Numbered from the stretch's first letter, positions 30,801 through 38,019 are shown. The stretch is DNA of 64,000 bases from Elusimicrobiota bacterium (GCA_016788905.1 JAEURZ010000003.1:39262-103261), one strand, 5' to 3'. Made by a program: numbers and translations. Notes: generated from the sequence alone by a model not told the origin.

Positions 30801-32036
30801 CTGGATACCTTACTGAAACCCAATGTTTCGTCCTCCTCCACGGTCCTTCCTGGGATGATTCCTGCGTTTACCCGGGCGCTTCTTTACCGGTTTGTGAAAT
30901 GGTTTGGCGCAAAGCGGGGAACATCCTTCTATGTGAAATGGGGATCGGCTTTTTCCGAGGGTGTCACTGTCCTAGGACTTCCTTTGCTCTTGATGGAGAT
31001 CGGGGGAGGGGTATTTAATCCCCTCTCTGCGCCAATGATTTTTTGGCTGATGTACGCCTCTGGAAAATTATTGTTCGTGCGGGCCCACCCCCAGGGGAAC
31101 AGCTTATTTTACGGGATGGCTTTTGCGCCAGTGGGAGTGGCGTTCTTTGTTGTGATGTTTCTGGGCTTATCGGTTCCCGGGATCCTTCTTATCGTCGCGT
31201 CGGAAGTGGTTCCCCATGTTCGCAACAACACCGCCTATTGGCATAGGTTAAGTCCAGGAGAACGATTGGCTTTGGAGGTTTCCGCCGCTCAGGACGCCCT
31301 TGCCCGTGGGGTCCGTGTTCGTGATGCGGATGAGCTCAGAGAGGAAACCTTTCAATTGTTGCTGGGTGCGGATTCCCTTGGCCAGCGTTGGACCCATCAC
31401 CTGCGCGTGGAGGACATCTCTTTGGAACAATCCCGTTTTAAAGAGAAGTATGGGCAGGTCCAACGGGAGGTCTTTTCTCCCCAAATGCCGCGTTCTTTGA
31501 GGGAAACCGTGTTGGAACAATTATTTCGAAAAATGGGACCGGCTCAACGTTTTGAATCCATGTGGGGGGAAGAAGATTCGTCCACGAATGCTGTTTTGAT
31601 TTTGTTGGACGAATTCCGAACCAACCAATTGGAGGAAATTGTTACTAAGGCTATTCAGGTCTCTCTCCAGCAGAAAAAACAATTGCTTTGGGTCGCTGAA
31701 AATAGGCCCCTCAAACTCCGGGCCGAGGCTCTTCTTCGAGATCGGGGGATTTTCGTTCAAATCCCACTCTTGAACGATGGAACCGATTTTGTTCGTGTGG
31801 GACGATTGGGGAGAGTCAACGACGGAGCCCTTGAACAACTCACCCAGCCCCAACGGAAAGATAAAGTGATCAGACAACTCTCCATCTGTTTGGGGGAAGA
31901 ATGGACGATCCAAAAAACAACCCAGGAATCCTTGTTCCAAAACGCGAATATCTTTTTCTTCGATCGCTGGCTTTCTGTTCATAAACTACTGGAAGAAGGA
32001 CAGCGCCTCGCCCACTTCATTGCTCAAATGGCGTAG
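21888..32036 (+). CDS. giant multi-domain membrane protein 2 (3382 aa): signal peptide, TIKI/TraB-like N-domain, transglutaminase-like Cys-protease core, TM segments, Hsp90/sacsin-type GHKL ATPase, C-terminal polytopic region
   Basis: Signal-like 'LSVILYVCTQVVFTHA'. N-domain 'IVVLLQDVHWN', 'ARDGTMAGAL...VAGGFHGEGI'. TGase-like 'VCNTSTLYFYLMARYVGLPAIYV...GHAQVVVKVGYEWVVLETTN'. GHKL boxes 'RELVQNARDA', 'VKDGLGM', 'SSGFIGIGFFTAFQADEVMV'. Many TM helices. Confidence 0.75.
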   Translation: MEKMTFLPKLNPILRHLSVILYVCTQVVFTHAAESGFWEERRKSRSLIGSTYAALPTSSLPGMERVTKNLGTLSASLHSSISNLGGHAPLSHVIRAIPHELGSIRNIYPPQSPENPIVVLLQDVHWNIDAQRNLSRLIQELSSFQWKDGKSTEMVLALEGAFGAIDISAFRNYGHPTILRRVADRLLLDRRIAGPLHGLLSGEKIPARIVGVDDRRHYQSNVMAYRTAIPHQKSLRNQLFQKRREFVKRQNTVFSKGLKSFDYEARSYHEGKKSLSHYSRILASTYSGNKQTFARENPTLSIFLQAVEMESSLDFNRVERERGQWLNQLTHFLSAEGRNSLIEAGISYRLGQISLSDFYQHLIAVGGTRAPLANFPAMAAYTNYVLLGERVDPGKLFEEVTRLETALYDRLAESQEAKALVKDTRELDLSLRLVDFALTPPEWEAYKRWVPENSNLEIFERFYREAEARDGTMAGALQSSLILSKGNKGPLGPRPTPALGILVAGGFHGEGITKRLVNAGIGVITVVPRIKTLDDKPGLALSVFTQDRTPLEKLVSGEKLFLSEPVFDPSRQALTALACAATGAADGLAIPPGEISNLLPTPLADLPTQVQTPSPHTGVVSIQARGGEVTVTSTLENQGGQILSLTESQAGRGLPQPEPLRGYSWEQLVAAMRPFIASGGKDESFYRGVVWDLILDPRRTKRLGPLLSRQAVDPAQAISESIDNGQDGVLRRFEPDVRPVGRRGVGGIQIFNDLKSSADRVVITSSRDGLNGVEFTFWKEGGEIRFTYKILYVSEWGDENINALLPALSKDIATELVFRLPQGTKIDVRCALSAEETGRRLSFVRKKLRLNTRSPIDVNGTNVDQTGEYKHGGLTRPVSATELPPVHVTINPNGYSVTDEGIGMGLKEMFEDYLFPYKTTKSMTTPHGEVDYYYKPGSGRETTIASFIPSREIESLSPSPEGTPLNVIPELCLVFPDGANLTEDRGTIDLVPSDQRVTSEIAGMKRLIDRWTNPRLSIEERFALLNTLAVFLRAKQPRAEKGLTRDNLQTCTDLLWYLSKKILPLLKQDREQGKTFLPNTEEWLSFEGKSGVILLDTDIFEPNAADFIAAGMSDVTENPLWAPLDKRIRHFYLADLSAAPAVILVGSGETVIVDRTVFERESSDPEILLERIRKSIDTAWGKSSQTLTKQSPSKKSWVQRHSLRIASFFLALLVAASLWMTWTVDGKFENEPVEFVPHQMTLTPGAIGWSAPSWVDSEWWSSFFSLDKELKPRKPYGRIIGLVDSPYLVKGFYPHLTGDGSFKSAGDLTSRMEGPSKSKISLMVAVTKERNESIPLLVPYHGQVDAKSVRIHIPGRPAEALPLAYESGQPVVHPLTRGSFSLSWDVWVAEKQYFSYRNLPLPPKEIENFPSEWAAVLDPLQSAHDEKKLSAIKHLMGRYFAYDAGKTYGFDGTSWASTAKPYLERGERIPIVCNTSTLYFYLMARYVGLPAIYVELENSGSENILYRDLSGHAQVVVKVGYEWVVLETTNVMPLVQRAFPLKPSSLWGDIQSQTKNLNLILIGFSGFLFFMALWKGGPQSKEYFSRNYFNRLRYFLKNRVHLKGFDIQVSPWGMIKKTRTTNPFGNPSIETETHLGVLYQTKGSTFTPLKYEHGKSDYFLSLKGEFEGVIIKLIFLLVFSVIFGSIGWDILSSSSNLTTPILMGISIWMLITFLVLHRLPVLIRLNENGLKLVSVPYPKRFVPEVLEVKDGAYLDFGGGDFYWLGLESGHLKKIVIPGLREIKPVSKPGGKAALVALVKDQKNGSRFIVYEPQGTHLREVWSIPSPPSLAPLYDWKSLYLFPSNQYVIAYQTINSDMTEFITLGQPIPPIPSQIPLRHLYPFQNSFISEVGKIPIFPGDSHPEITPRLDGRPYYIFSDDIVGFPTGERDDESKYLTLFNIWSGDRLGEIPIQGMDSIYNPIVLIDNTVFRLSRATDEKGSPKPQLQIIDSTGYRSIDLAPWAGLSKTISEVCARVTGHPRDLFITFDARHSQISKYTSGEYINSGLPFYFGFDRQDGLTIFGTELNRVFTKSPLKPPELKELKKKLDGPALESLENRMSYMTEWHPHELFIPWVDSTIPPDVKDRLDGVARENLERQDWVREVCRALYVLNRDPAGQAGPILRRYMDLLEMDPELEETLREKLFTPQTMPGVDYPMEPIVFLWRSPSEQPPLPLEVEFFLSLLSKEFEDILKWETERAPTFPTDIVINPLSDDRSLSRFLGAARKTSTEELDGPDGFSKLKDTYDELSPQDHAAPSEIVGPANNQGLAEPLWLRELVQNARDAVREARRTGALLQDPAIRMGSYLNREGERPRLVVSVKDGLGMFLSRLVKKVLDPDETTKTLADDLLEQLRKGTDTTTRTQGVIDTLVQPEKRDDAALRQAIQEQIEGNEINEALARRMADAFSLDMTPTSSGFIGIGFFTAFQADEVMVRTGRGGSLHEIKLRTVRASDDRRIVDIQLLWARKISDPQGKYQGTDVQLGFDLPREDDPTFDREVIRARIRNAHFHWMAMNYLSGVSDVDIYWNGVNLRESTSPGATVGEMASVLGSRHPGRLLVDELRIQELPKALVSLVPTWVQRVLTEEGVNIKYPRTRSFVRTRRAIQSPENDARPMALLALRTVYVHWRNGGVVDGLPPYEEYRLQSPWNSYPADENVRRDAAFLLQTNGSKDGQEEFWGRFEKEYLSARGRWVQLMLEVADDRDAFYRQALPHEFSTALDAAREKGVLLGLSPARAPPASSDDLSRRVLRPHLARWARLFLEGRVNIEGRSVREWAGVTPSGEDWTQSLWQVVPEGATLPLSQIVATMDPTATPVLAEDTTQMELSIRALSEAGSVFAARLPLPPTHMMIDERLLWALKLFLLKNELSPLLDAFLMTLGRHKNGSAVSFYEQCLREGLDKADLKRRLVSLGNISDIDASIDHQIQLLRENPTHQLDTLLKPNVSSSSTVLPGMIPAFTRALLYRFVKWFGAKRGTSFYVKWGSAFSEGVTVLGLPLLLMEIGGGVFNPLSAPMIFWLMYASGKLLFVRAHPQGNSLFYGMAFAPVGVAFFVVMFLGLSVPGILLIVASEVVPHVRNNTAYWHRLSPGERLALEVSAAQDALARGVRVRDADELREETFQLLLGADSLGQRWTHHLRVEDISLEQSRFKEKYGQVQREVFSPQMPRSLRETVLEQLFRKMGPAQRFESMWGEEDSSTNAVLILLDEFRTNQLEEIVTKAIQVSLQQKKQLLWVAENRPLKLRAEALLRDRGIFVQIPLLNDGTDFVRVGRLGRVNDGALEQLTQPQRKDKVIRQLSICLGEEWTIQKTTQESLFQNANIFFFDRWLSVHKLLEEGQRLAHFIAQMA

Positions 32037-32186
32037 GATCACCTTCCGAAAAGAGGAAATGGTTTAATCCGAAATTCCCCGTTGGATCGCGGAATTTGAC
32101 AAAAAAATTGGGCCTTTTCCTTTCACAAAAAAAGTTTGTCCGTAGTCCCTGCGACCGCGTTGGCGGAAATCTTCCGTCGAAAACAC

Positions 32187-32230
32187 TCCCTCTCCCTCCC
32201 CCTCTCCCGTCAACGGGAGAGGGAAACCCC
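32187..32230. repeat. G/C-rich hairpin repeat, copy 3 (CCCTCTCCC...CCCTCTCCCG-tcaa-CGGGAGAGGG)
   Basis: Inverted repeat read directly; same core as the copies at 32966-33030 and 33148-33204. Confidence 0.6.
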
Positions 32231-32247
32231 TTCAGCGTTACGGGAAT

Positions 32248-32670
32248 TTATCCGCCGAAGCGGAGGGTCGCTTTGGCGGTGCCGTCCCAACCGCAATAGA
32301 AGACGGGGGCGCCTTCTTCTTCCCAGTCTCGGGCGGCGGTTAATAACATTTCCGGGATCGCCATGCCGGATTCATTGAGAAAATCTTTTGTTCCGATCAG
32401 GGCGGCCCGGGGCGTTGATTCGCCCGGCAGTTGAACTGCACCGCCAAAACCCTTTTCCCCAAAATCTTGAAATCCACTGACCGTTTGCGTTCCTTGGCTG
32501 TTCCAGAGGGCTACGCGGTGAAGGTCCTTGGCGCAGGGGTGTTGTGATTGCGCGGCTAAACTGGCGGCGATCGTTAAAAAATCGCGCTGGGCCTCGATGC
32601 TGGCGGGCCAGGTTTGGAAACCGCGGAATCGCCAGGCCGGGTCGCCGGTGGGGTGGTCAAGGTTGTCCAT
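32248..32670 (-). CDS. hypothetical protein (140 aa)
   Basis: ORF co-oriented with and overlapping (14 nt) the upstream DUF420 gene; no motifs I recognise. Confidence 0.4.
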   Translation of the reverse strand: MDNLDHPTGDPAWRFRGFQTWPASIEAQRDFLTIAASLAAQSQHPCAKDLHRVALWNSQGTQTVSGFQDFGEKGFGGAVQLPGESTPRAALIGTKDFLNESGMAIPEMLLTAARDWEEEGAPVFYCGWDGTAKATLRFGG

Positions 32671-33142
32671 ATTTTAGGAAGAAATAAATTCCCACTCCGG
32701 TTAGGCATACATACATCCATATGGGCCAGGTCCAGCGGGCCCATTTACGGTGGCGATCGAAATTTCCTTTAAGTGCGAAGGCCAGGGTGGTGAGAACCAG
32801 GGGGACGACCACTGTGGCGAGGACGGTGTGGGACGCTAGGATGGTTAAGTAGATTGTGCGAATGGTGCCGGTTCCTAGAAATCGCGTGGTTCCTACCCGG
32901 GCGTGGTATTCGAGGTAAGAGAAAAGGAAGATTGTGGAGAGCAGGAAGGCGGTGCCCATGGCTAGGCGGTGGAGGGCGACCCCCCTCATCCGGCCCTTCG
33001 GGCCACCTTCTCCCACCGTTGGGGGAGAAGGAAAAACTTGACCCGTTGTGCGGATGGTTTGGATGGCGATCCATCCGATTGTCAAGAATATGGCGGTGGA
33101 GCCGTTTAGTAATGCGTGGAGAGCGGGGCGGGATAGCGTCAC
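32657..33142 (-). CDS. DUF420-family (YozB-like) membrane protein with an in-frame repeat-derived insertion
   Basis: Four TM layout. 'LNGSTAIFLTIGWIAIQ', 'HRLAMGTAFLLSTIFLFSYLEYH' and 'KGNFDRHRKWARWTWPIWMYVCLTGVGIYFFL' align with B. subtilis YozB-type DUF420. An extra ~18 aa 'FPSPPTVGEGGPKGRMRG' in loop 1 is encoded by the repeat copy at 32966-33030. Confidence 0.7.
   Translation of the reverse strand: MTLSRPALHALLNGSTAIFLTIGWIAIQTIRTTGQVFPSPPTVGEGGPKGRMRGVALHRLAMGTAFLLSTIFLFSYLEYHARVGTTRFLGTGTIRTIYLTILASHTVLATVVVPLVLTTLAFALKGNFDRHRKWARWTWPIWMYVCLTGVGIYFFLKYGQP
32966..33030. repeat. G/C-rich double-hairpin repeat, copy 1 (inside the DUF420 coding sequence)
   Basis: 'CCCCTCATCCGgcccttcgggccaCCTTCTCCCAccgttggGGGAGAAGG' is near-identical in architecture to the copy at 33148-33204. 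Confidence 0.6.
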
Positions 33143-33147
33143 AGTTA

Positions 33148-33204
33148 CCCCCCCCCTCTCCCGGTCCTTCGGACCACCCTCTCCCGCGGGCGGGAGAGGG
33201 TATA
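33148..33204. repeat. G/C-rich double-hairpin repeat, copy 2 (immediately 5' of the DUF420 gene start)
   Basis: 'CCCCCCCTCTCCCGgtccttcggaccaCCCTCTCCCGcgggCGGGAGAGGG': hairpin 1 (ggtccttcggacc) plus hairpin 2 (CCCTCTCCCG/CGGGAGAGGG). Confidence 0.6.
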
Positions 33205-33226
33205 AGAAAAGTATCCCATCAAAAGA

Positions 33227-34897
33227 CTATCGTAATAAAATCAGAACCAATATTTGGGTGGAGAGGACCCGCAAAAGCATGGTCAGGGGGTAAACCGTGG
33301 CGTAGGACAGCGCGGGGAGTTCCGAGTTCATGTAGGTGTTGGCGAAGGCCAGGGCGGGGGGATCCGTCATGGAGCCAGCCAAGACTCCACACAGGGCGGT
33401 GAAGTTGGTTTTATGGAAATAGCGAGCCGCCAATCCCACGACCAGGAGGGGCACCAAGGTGATGGCCGCGCCCCAAAGGACCCAAGAGACGCCACTTCCG
33501 GACATCAAAGTCTCGATGAATTTTCCGCCCGATTTTAACCCAACGCAAGTTAAGAAGAGGGAAATACCCAGTTCTCGGATCATTAAGTTGGCCGACACGG
33601 GCATATGCCACACCAACGAACGCCATTGGCCCACACGGGCGAGCACGATGGCCACGATCAGGGGTCCCCCCGCCAAACCCAGTCGGACCGGAGCGGGTAG
33701 GCCAGGGATCGTGAGAGGCAAACTTCCGAAAATGACCCCGACCGTAATTCCCACCAAGAGAGGAATGATTTGGGGATCGTTCAAGTCTTTGGGGGAATTT
33801 CCAAGCACGCCGGCGGCTTCGTTGATCGCTTCCCGCTCACCCACCATGAGGAGAGTGTCCCCGAATTTCAAGGTCAAATCGGGACGGGCGGCGAACTCCA
33901 AGTTCATTCGTGTCAGGCGGGACACGGTCACGCCAAAACGTTTCTGCAAAGAGAGTTCTTCAAGGGATTTCCCAAGGATGGTTTTGCGTGTAACGATCAC
34001 CCTCTGGGTCGAAATATTGCTTTCCACTTCGCGCAAGTCAAGTTCCGACTTTTTGCCGATGATGGCTTCAAGTGTTTTCAGCATTTCGTGGGGACCCACC
34101 GCTAAAATAACGTCGCCCACCGCGAGTGTGGTGGTGGGGTGTGCCACGGTCACTTCCCCGTTGTGCATGACCCTGGAAATAACGACAGACGCCGCCGGCA
34201 GGCCGGGGACATGCCCGATCGGCAAGCCGATGAGCGCGCTGTTGGTCACTTCCAGATTGGCGGAAAAAAGTTTTGGGGCATTTTCCCGGCTTTCGGCGGA
34301 GAACTGGTCTAATTCTTTTTCCGGATGGATTTTGAAAATGGTCTTGATGAAAATCATTGAAAGGATTATTCCGATGACGCCGAACGGATACGCGACCGCG
34401 TAGCCGAGCCCTGGCATTTTGACGATTTCGGAATGGGCCCCAAAAACGTCGCGGAGGGCCTGCTGGGCCGCCCCGAGGCTGGGGGTGTTCGTGGTGGCGC
34501 CGGAAAGGACCCCGACCGCCGCCTCCACCGGGACACCGCCTATGAAATGGGCCACGAGAGTCATCCCCACGCCAAGAAGTACCACGGAAGCCGCCATGAT
34601 GTTGAGGGGGAGACCTCCTTTTCTTAAGGACGAAAAGAACCCGGGGCCAACTTGCAGGCCGATGGCGTACACGAAAAGGATGAGCCCAAATTCACGGATA
34701 AATTCCAGGACATGTTCGTTGATGGTGATCCCGAAATGACCGAAAATGAGACCCGTAAAAAGGACTCCGGCAATGCCGATGTGAATGCCCCAAAGTTTGA
34801 ATTGGCCCAACGCGAGACCGAGCCCCGCAACGAGACAGATAACCGTTACCGCGTGGGGAACGGATTCGGGATTAAGAAGTGTGGCGAATAAGTCCAT
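33227..34897 (-). CDS. YidE/YbjL-family transporter (aspartate:alanine exchanger-type permease halves flanking two TrkA-C/RCK_C domains)
   Basis: 'MDLFATLLNPESVPHAVTVICLVAGLGLALGQFKLWGIHIGIAGVLFTGLIFGHFG'; duplicated permease domains with central soluble RCK_C-like region; the ATG at 34897 is internal to the longer ORF-track ORF. Confidence 0.75.
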   Translation of the reverse strand: MDLFATLLNPESVPHAVTVICLVAGLGLALGQFKLWGIHIGIAGVLFTGLIFGHFGITINEHVLEFIREFGLILFVYAIGLQVGPGFFSSLRKGGLPLNIMAASVVLLGVGMTLVAHFIGGVPVEAAVGVLSGATTNTPSLGAAQQALRDVFGAHSEIVKMPGLGYAVAYPFGVIGIILSMIFIKTIFKIHPEKELDQFSAESRENAPKLFSANLEVTNSALIGLPIGHVPGLPAASVVISRVMHNGEVTVAHPTTTLAVGDVILAVGPHEMLKTLEAIIGKKSELDLREVESNISTQRVIVTRKTILGKSLEELSLQKRFGVTVSRLTRMNLEFAARPDLTLKFGDTLLMVGEREAINEAAGVLGNSPKDLNDPQIIPLLVGITVGVIFGSLPLTIPGLPAPVRLGLAGGPLIVAIVLARVGQWRSLVWHMPVSANLMIRELGISLFLTCVGLKSGGKFIETLMSGSGVSWVLWGAAITLVPLLVVGLAARYFHKTNFTALCGVLAGSMTDPPALAFANTYMNSELPALSYATVYPLTMLLRVLSTQILVLILLR

Positions 34898-34917
34898 GGT
34901 TTTCCTCTTGGTTTTAT

Positions 34918-35400
34918 TTAAAAGGTGGTGAGACGAAGTGCGGCCGCGCAAGCCACCACGGCGAGCGTGGCAGCGATGTTGAAGCGGGCCCAAAAAATTA
35001 TCCGGCGTGTGGCGGTTTTGAAATCCAGCGAATCGGGGGTGTGGCTGGTGCGGACGAGGGCGGGGCCCCAGCGTTTATCATGCAAAACGCCCAACACCAA
35101 GGTGAGGACAAGAAACCCCATCTTGAGTCCAAAAATGCGACCGTAATCTGTTTCGAAAAACGAAACGGTCGAAGAGAAAAAAATGTAGCGAACTTGCCAA
35201 AAACCTGTGAGGATCAAAATGCCTAGAGCCCCATGGCCGAATCGTTTGAAGCGTTGGGCGATCGCGAGGGAAAGGGGCATTCTGTCTTTCGGGGTGAGGG
35301 TTTTCCTTAAAACGGGTGCCAGGATCAAGGCCAAAAAGAGTTGCCCACCCACCCAAAAGAGGGCGGCTGTTAAATGCAGGAACAGAACGAGTGTGGCCAT
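34918..35400 (-). CDS. small polytopic membrane protein (CopD-like / unknown function)
   Basis: Four predicted TM helices; 'LHLTAALFWVGGQLFLALILAPV'; no catalytic motif recognised. Confidence 0.5.
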   Translation of the reverse strand: MATLVLFLHLTAALFWVGGQLFLALILAPVLRKTLTPKDRMPLSLAIAQRFKRFGHGALGILILTGFWQVRYIFFSSTVSFFETDYGRIFGLKMGFLVLTLVLGVLHDKRWGPALVRTSHTPDSLDFKTATRRIIFWARFNIAATLAVVACAAALRLTTF

Positions 35401-35401
35401 A

Positions 35402-36655
35402 TCAGTAGACGAACTCTCGAATGTCGTAAAGGGCGCGTCGCTCGCCTCGCGGAGTCAACTGGGCCTCTAGGGCACGCCGTTGGGACAAGAGTTCCGGTTC
35501 GGAGAGAGCGGTCCATCCCTTCTGGGCGGCCAGCCGTCCGTAGGGGGTTTGGGGTCCAGCGATGAGCGGCGAAAAATAGAGGAGGTCGCCCGGTCCCAAC
35601 AGGGCGTTGCGCAGGAGATCCGCTGTTTCGCGGACGTGCGCTGACGCGTTTTCTTGCCCGCCCGCACCGAGCAAGACAATGAGCCCCACCGCGATGCCCG
35701 CGCTTTTGAGTTTGAAAATGCTCTCCGCTACCGTTTCGGCATTCCCTGGTTTTCGGAGCTCGCGTCTCAATGTCTCGGCTCCTGTCTCGACGCCGATGTA
35801 GGCCCGCCGGTAGCCTGTTCGGGACAGGGCTTGAAGATCGGAGATGGTCCAGGCCGACATTCGGGACGCGTCGGCAAAGGAATAAATTCCGCCCACTCCG
35901 TCCGTCTGGGGAGTCGCCAATTGGGGGAAACGAAGCGCCAGTTCTTCGGCCATGGGGATCAGGGCATGGGGCGGGGCCTGGAAGGCGTTGGCATCCCCCA
36001 AAAAAAGTGAACAACGCCCCGACAACGCGGGCCCGAAGAAGCGTTTGGTCTCTTCCGCGTGGAGGAGAACTTCCTCGAGGGTTCGGACGCGGGAGCGGCG
36101 TCCGCTGTAGAAATCACAAAAAGTGCACTGGTTCCAGGCGCATCCCTCCGCCACCTGAACCACAAGGGCCAAATACTGGTCCGGAGGAAGAATCCCGATC
36201 GGTTGCCAAATTTTCGAAAACTGGGCCGCGTCTGATGTCCAGGCTTTGTTTACCCCACGGATCAGAAAATCAAGGAAGTCGGCCGTGGCTTCTTTATCCA
36301 CGGGCGTTTCCCTTCCGCGCACAAAGGATCGGAGACTGTTGCGTTGGGAAAGTATCGGCAGATTTTGACGGCAGGAGTTTATCAAATCCAAGAAACGCTC
36401 TTTGAGTGCTGTCCGTTCGAGCTCGGGCAATTCCCTTATGTGTCGGTGGGCTTCCCCCTCAGGGTTCCAGACCCACTTTTTTTCTAAACAGCGTCCGTCC
36501 AGGCCCCGGACAGTGTAAAAACCATTTTCATAGAGACCCGTCGGCCGACCCGCCCGATCGAACGAGAGGGTGGCTTGAGGGGAAATCACCAGGGAAAAGC
36601 TCCCGGATGTCTCTCCCACAAGCAGAGTCTCGATATCGGCTAGCGATGTGGTCAT
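35402..36655 (-). CDS. radical-SAM-like Fe-S protein with non-canonical CX4CX2C motif
   Basis: 'VQVAEGCAWNQCTFCDFY' (C-x4-C-x2-C); SAM-pocket-like 'SLFLGDANAF'; TIM-barrel-like remainder; ~160 aa N-terminal domain of unknown function. Confidence 0.5.
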   Translation of the reverse strand: MTTSLADIETLLVGETSGSFSLVISPQATLSFDRAGRPTGLYENGFYTVRGLDGRCLEKKWVWNPEGEAHRHIRELPELERTALKERFLDLINSCRQNLPILSQRNSLRSFVRGRETPVDKEATADFLDFLIRGVNKAWTSDAAQFSKIWQPIGILPPDQYLALVVQVAEGCAWNQCTFCDFYSGRRSRVRTLEEVLLHAEETKRFFGPALSGRCSLFLGDANAFQAPPHALIPMAEELALRFPQLATPQTDGVGGIYSFADASRMSAWTISDLQALSRTGYRRAYIGVETGAETLRRELRKPGNAETVAESIFKLKSAGIAVGLIVLLGAGGQENASAHVRETADLLRNALLGPGDLLYFSPLIAGPQTPYGRLAAQKGWTALSEPELLSQRRALEAQLTPRGERRALYDIREFVY

Positions 36656-36717
36656 GGTTTGGTGATCCCCCTGGACTGTCTTGTGGGTTACCCCATTTTA
36701 GCTTATTATAGGAGCGT

Positions 36718-37881
36718 ATGAGAAACAGCTCCCTCCCTTTGCCCAACCGTTCGGGCCAATCGCCTTCGAACCCAGCGGCCCCACCCCGGTTGGTTTTTTG
36801 GGAAACCACAGCGGCCTGTAACCTCCGGTGTGTTCATTGCCGTCGGTTGGATGTTTTGGACCAGGTGTCCGAAACGGATCTGCCGACCGTCGCGGCGAAG
36901 GCCATGATTGCCGACATCGCCACAAACTATAAGCCGATTTTGGTCTTGTCTGGGGGAGAGCCCCTTTTTCGACCGGACATTCTGGAATTGGCGGGTTTTG
37001 CCCGGGAGCAGGGCCTTCGGGTAGCCCTGGCCACGAATGGAACCCTTGTGGACCCGAAAAAGGCCAAAGAGATCAAAGAGGCGGGGGTGGCGCGCGTGAG
37101 TATTTCGCTGGATGGGGCCCATCCCGCCACTCACGACCGGTTTCGGGGCGAAGGGAACTTTGAGCGCGCTTGGGCGGGTTTTGACCACCTCAAAAAAGTG
37201 GGGGTTTCTCTCCAAATCAATATGACGGTCACCCGCTACAACGCGCATGAGCTTCCAGACCTTTACGCCATGGCTCTGGACCGAGGGGCGGCCGCGCTTC
37301 ACCTTTTTATGTTGGTTCCCGTTGGATGCGGTGTTCAGATCGCCGAATCCGACATGTTGCCTTCAGCGGAATATGAAAAATGGTTGAACTGGTTTTATGA
37401 CCGGGATGTGGAGCGAAAAATGGAACTGAAAGCCACCTGCGCGCCCCACTATTTTCGCATCGTTCGGGAACGATCCAAAGAAATAGGCGGCTTGCCCCCC
37501 AGCCATCATCGTCAGGAAGCCAAGGGAGCCACCCACCCCCATCAGTCTTTGCATCAGACAACGAAGGGGTGTTTGGCCGGGCAGGGGGTGTGTTTTGTGT
37601 CCCATAAGGGCGAAGTCTTTCCTTGCGGGTACCTCCCCATTTCCGTTGGTAATATTCGCACGACCCCTTTCAAAACCCTGTGGGAAACATCCCCCGTTTT
37701 TGAAAATTTACGTAACCCCGCCCAATTGGAAGGGAAATGCGGTGCCTGTTCGTTTAAGTACGTTTGTGGGGGGTGCCGCGCTCGGGCTTATTACGAGCAC
37801 GGGGATGAATTGGCGGAAGAACCCCACTGTGTTTATGTCCCTCCCGGGTTTGAGGCGAGCTCCGCCTGCGACGCGTATTGA
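36718..37881 (+). CDS. radical SAM / SPASM-domain protein (AhbC/AhbD/NirJ-like)
   Basis: 'ETTAACNLRCVHCRR' (CX3CX2C), 'VLSGGEPLFRPD'; C-terminal Cys-rich SPASM region 'CAPHYF...CLAGQGVCFVSHKGEVFPCGYLP...KCGACSFKYVCGGCRARAY'. Confidence 0.8.
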   Translation: MRNSSLPLPNRSGQSPSNPAAPPRLVFWETTAACNLRCVHCRRLDVLDQVSETDLPTVAAKAMIADIATNYKPILVLSGGEPLFRPDILELAGFAREQGLRVALATNGTLVDPKKAKEIKEAGVARVSISLDGAHPATHDRFRGEGNFERAWAGFDHLKKVGVSLQINMTVTRYNAHELPDLYAMALDRGAAALHLFMLVPVGCGVQIAESDMLPSAEYEKWLNWFYDRDVERKMELKATCAPHYFRIVRERSKEIGGLPPSHHRQEAKGATHPHQSLHQTTKGCLAGQGVCFVSHKGEVFPCGYLPISVGNIRTTPFKTLWETSPVFENLRNPAQLEGKCGACSFKYVCGGCRARAYYEHGDELAEEPHCVYVPPGFEASSACDAY

Positions 37882-38019
37882 TTCGAAATGAAGAGTGGGA
37901 TCACGGTCTTTTGGGCATGATCTGGGTCATGGCGGATTTAGATCTTTTATAGGACAATTATTTGCGGGGGGTTCATGGGCAACCGGGGGGGTGCCCGTTG
38001 CAGCAAGGAGGCCAGTCCC

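Noticed and set aside
32769-33402. Pro/Gly/Arg-rich ORFs on both strands over the repeat region (32769-33074 minus; 32854-33402 plus)
   Set aside because: Their open frames come from the G/C-rich repeats and the antisense of the DUF420 gene. No motifs, and they conflict with the well-supported DUF420 CDS.
37975-38019. Upstream start (ATG 37975) for the hypothetical protein
   Set aside because: A strong RBS 'aaggagg' sits 8 nt before the ATG at 38020, whereas 37975 has none. The shorter start is preferred.
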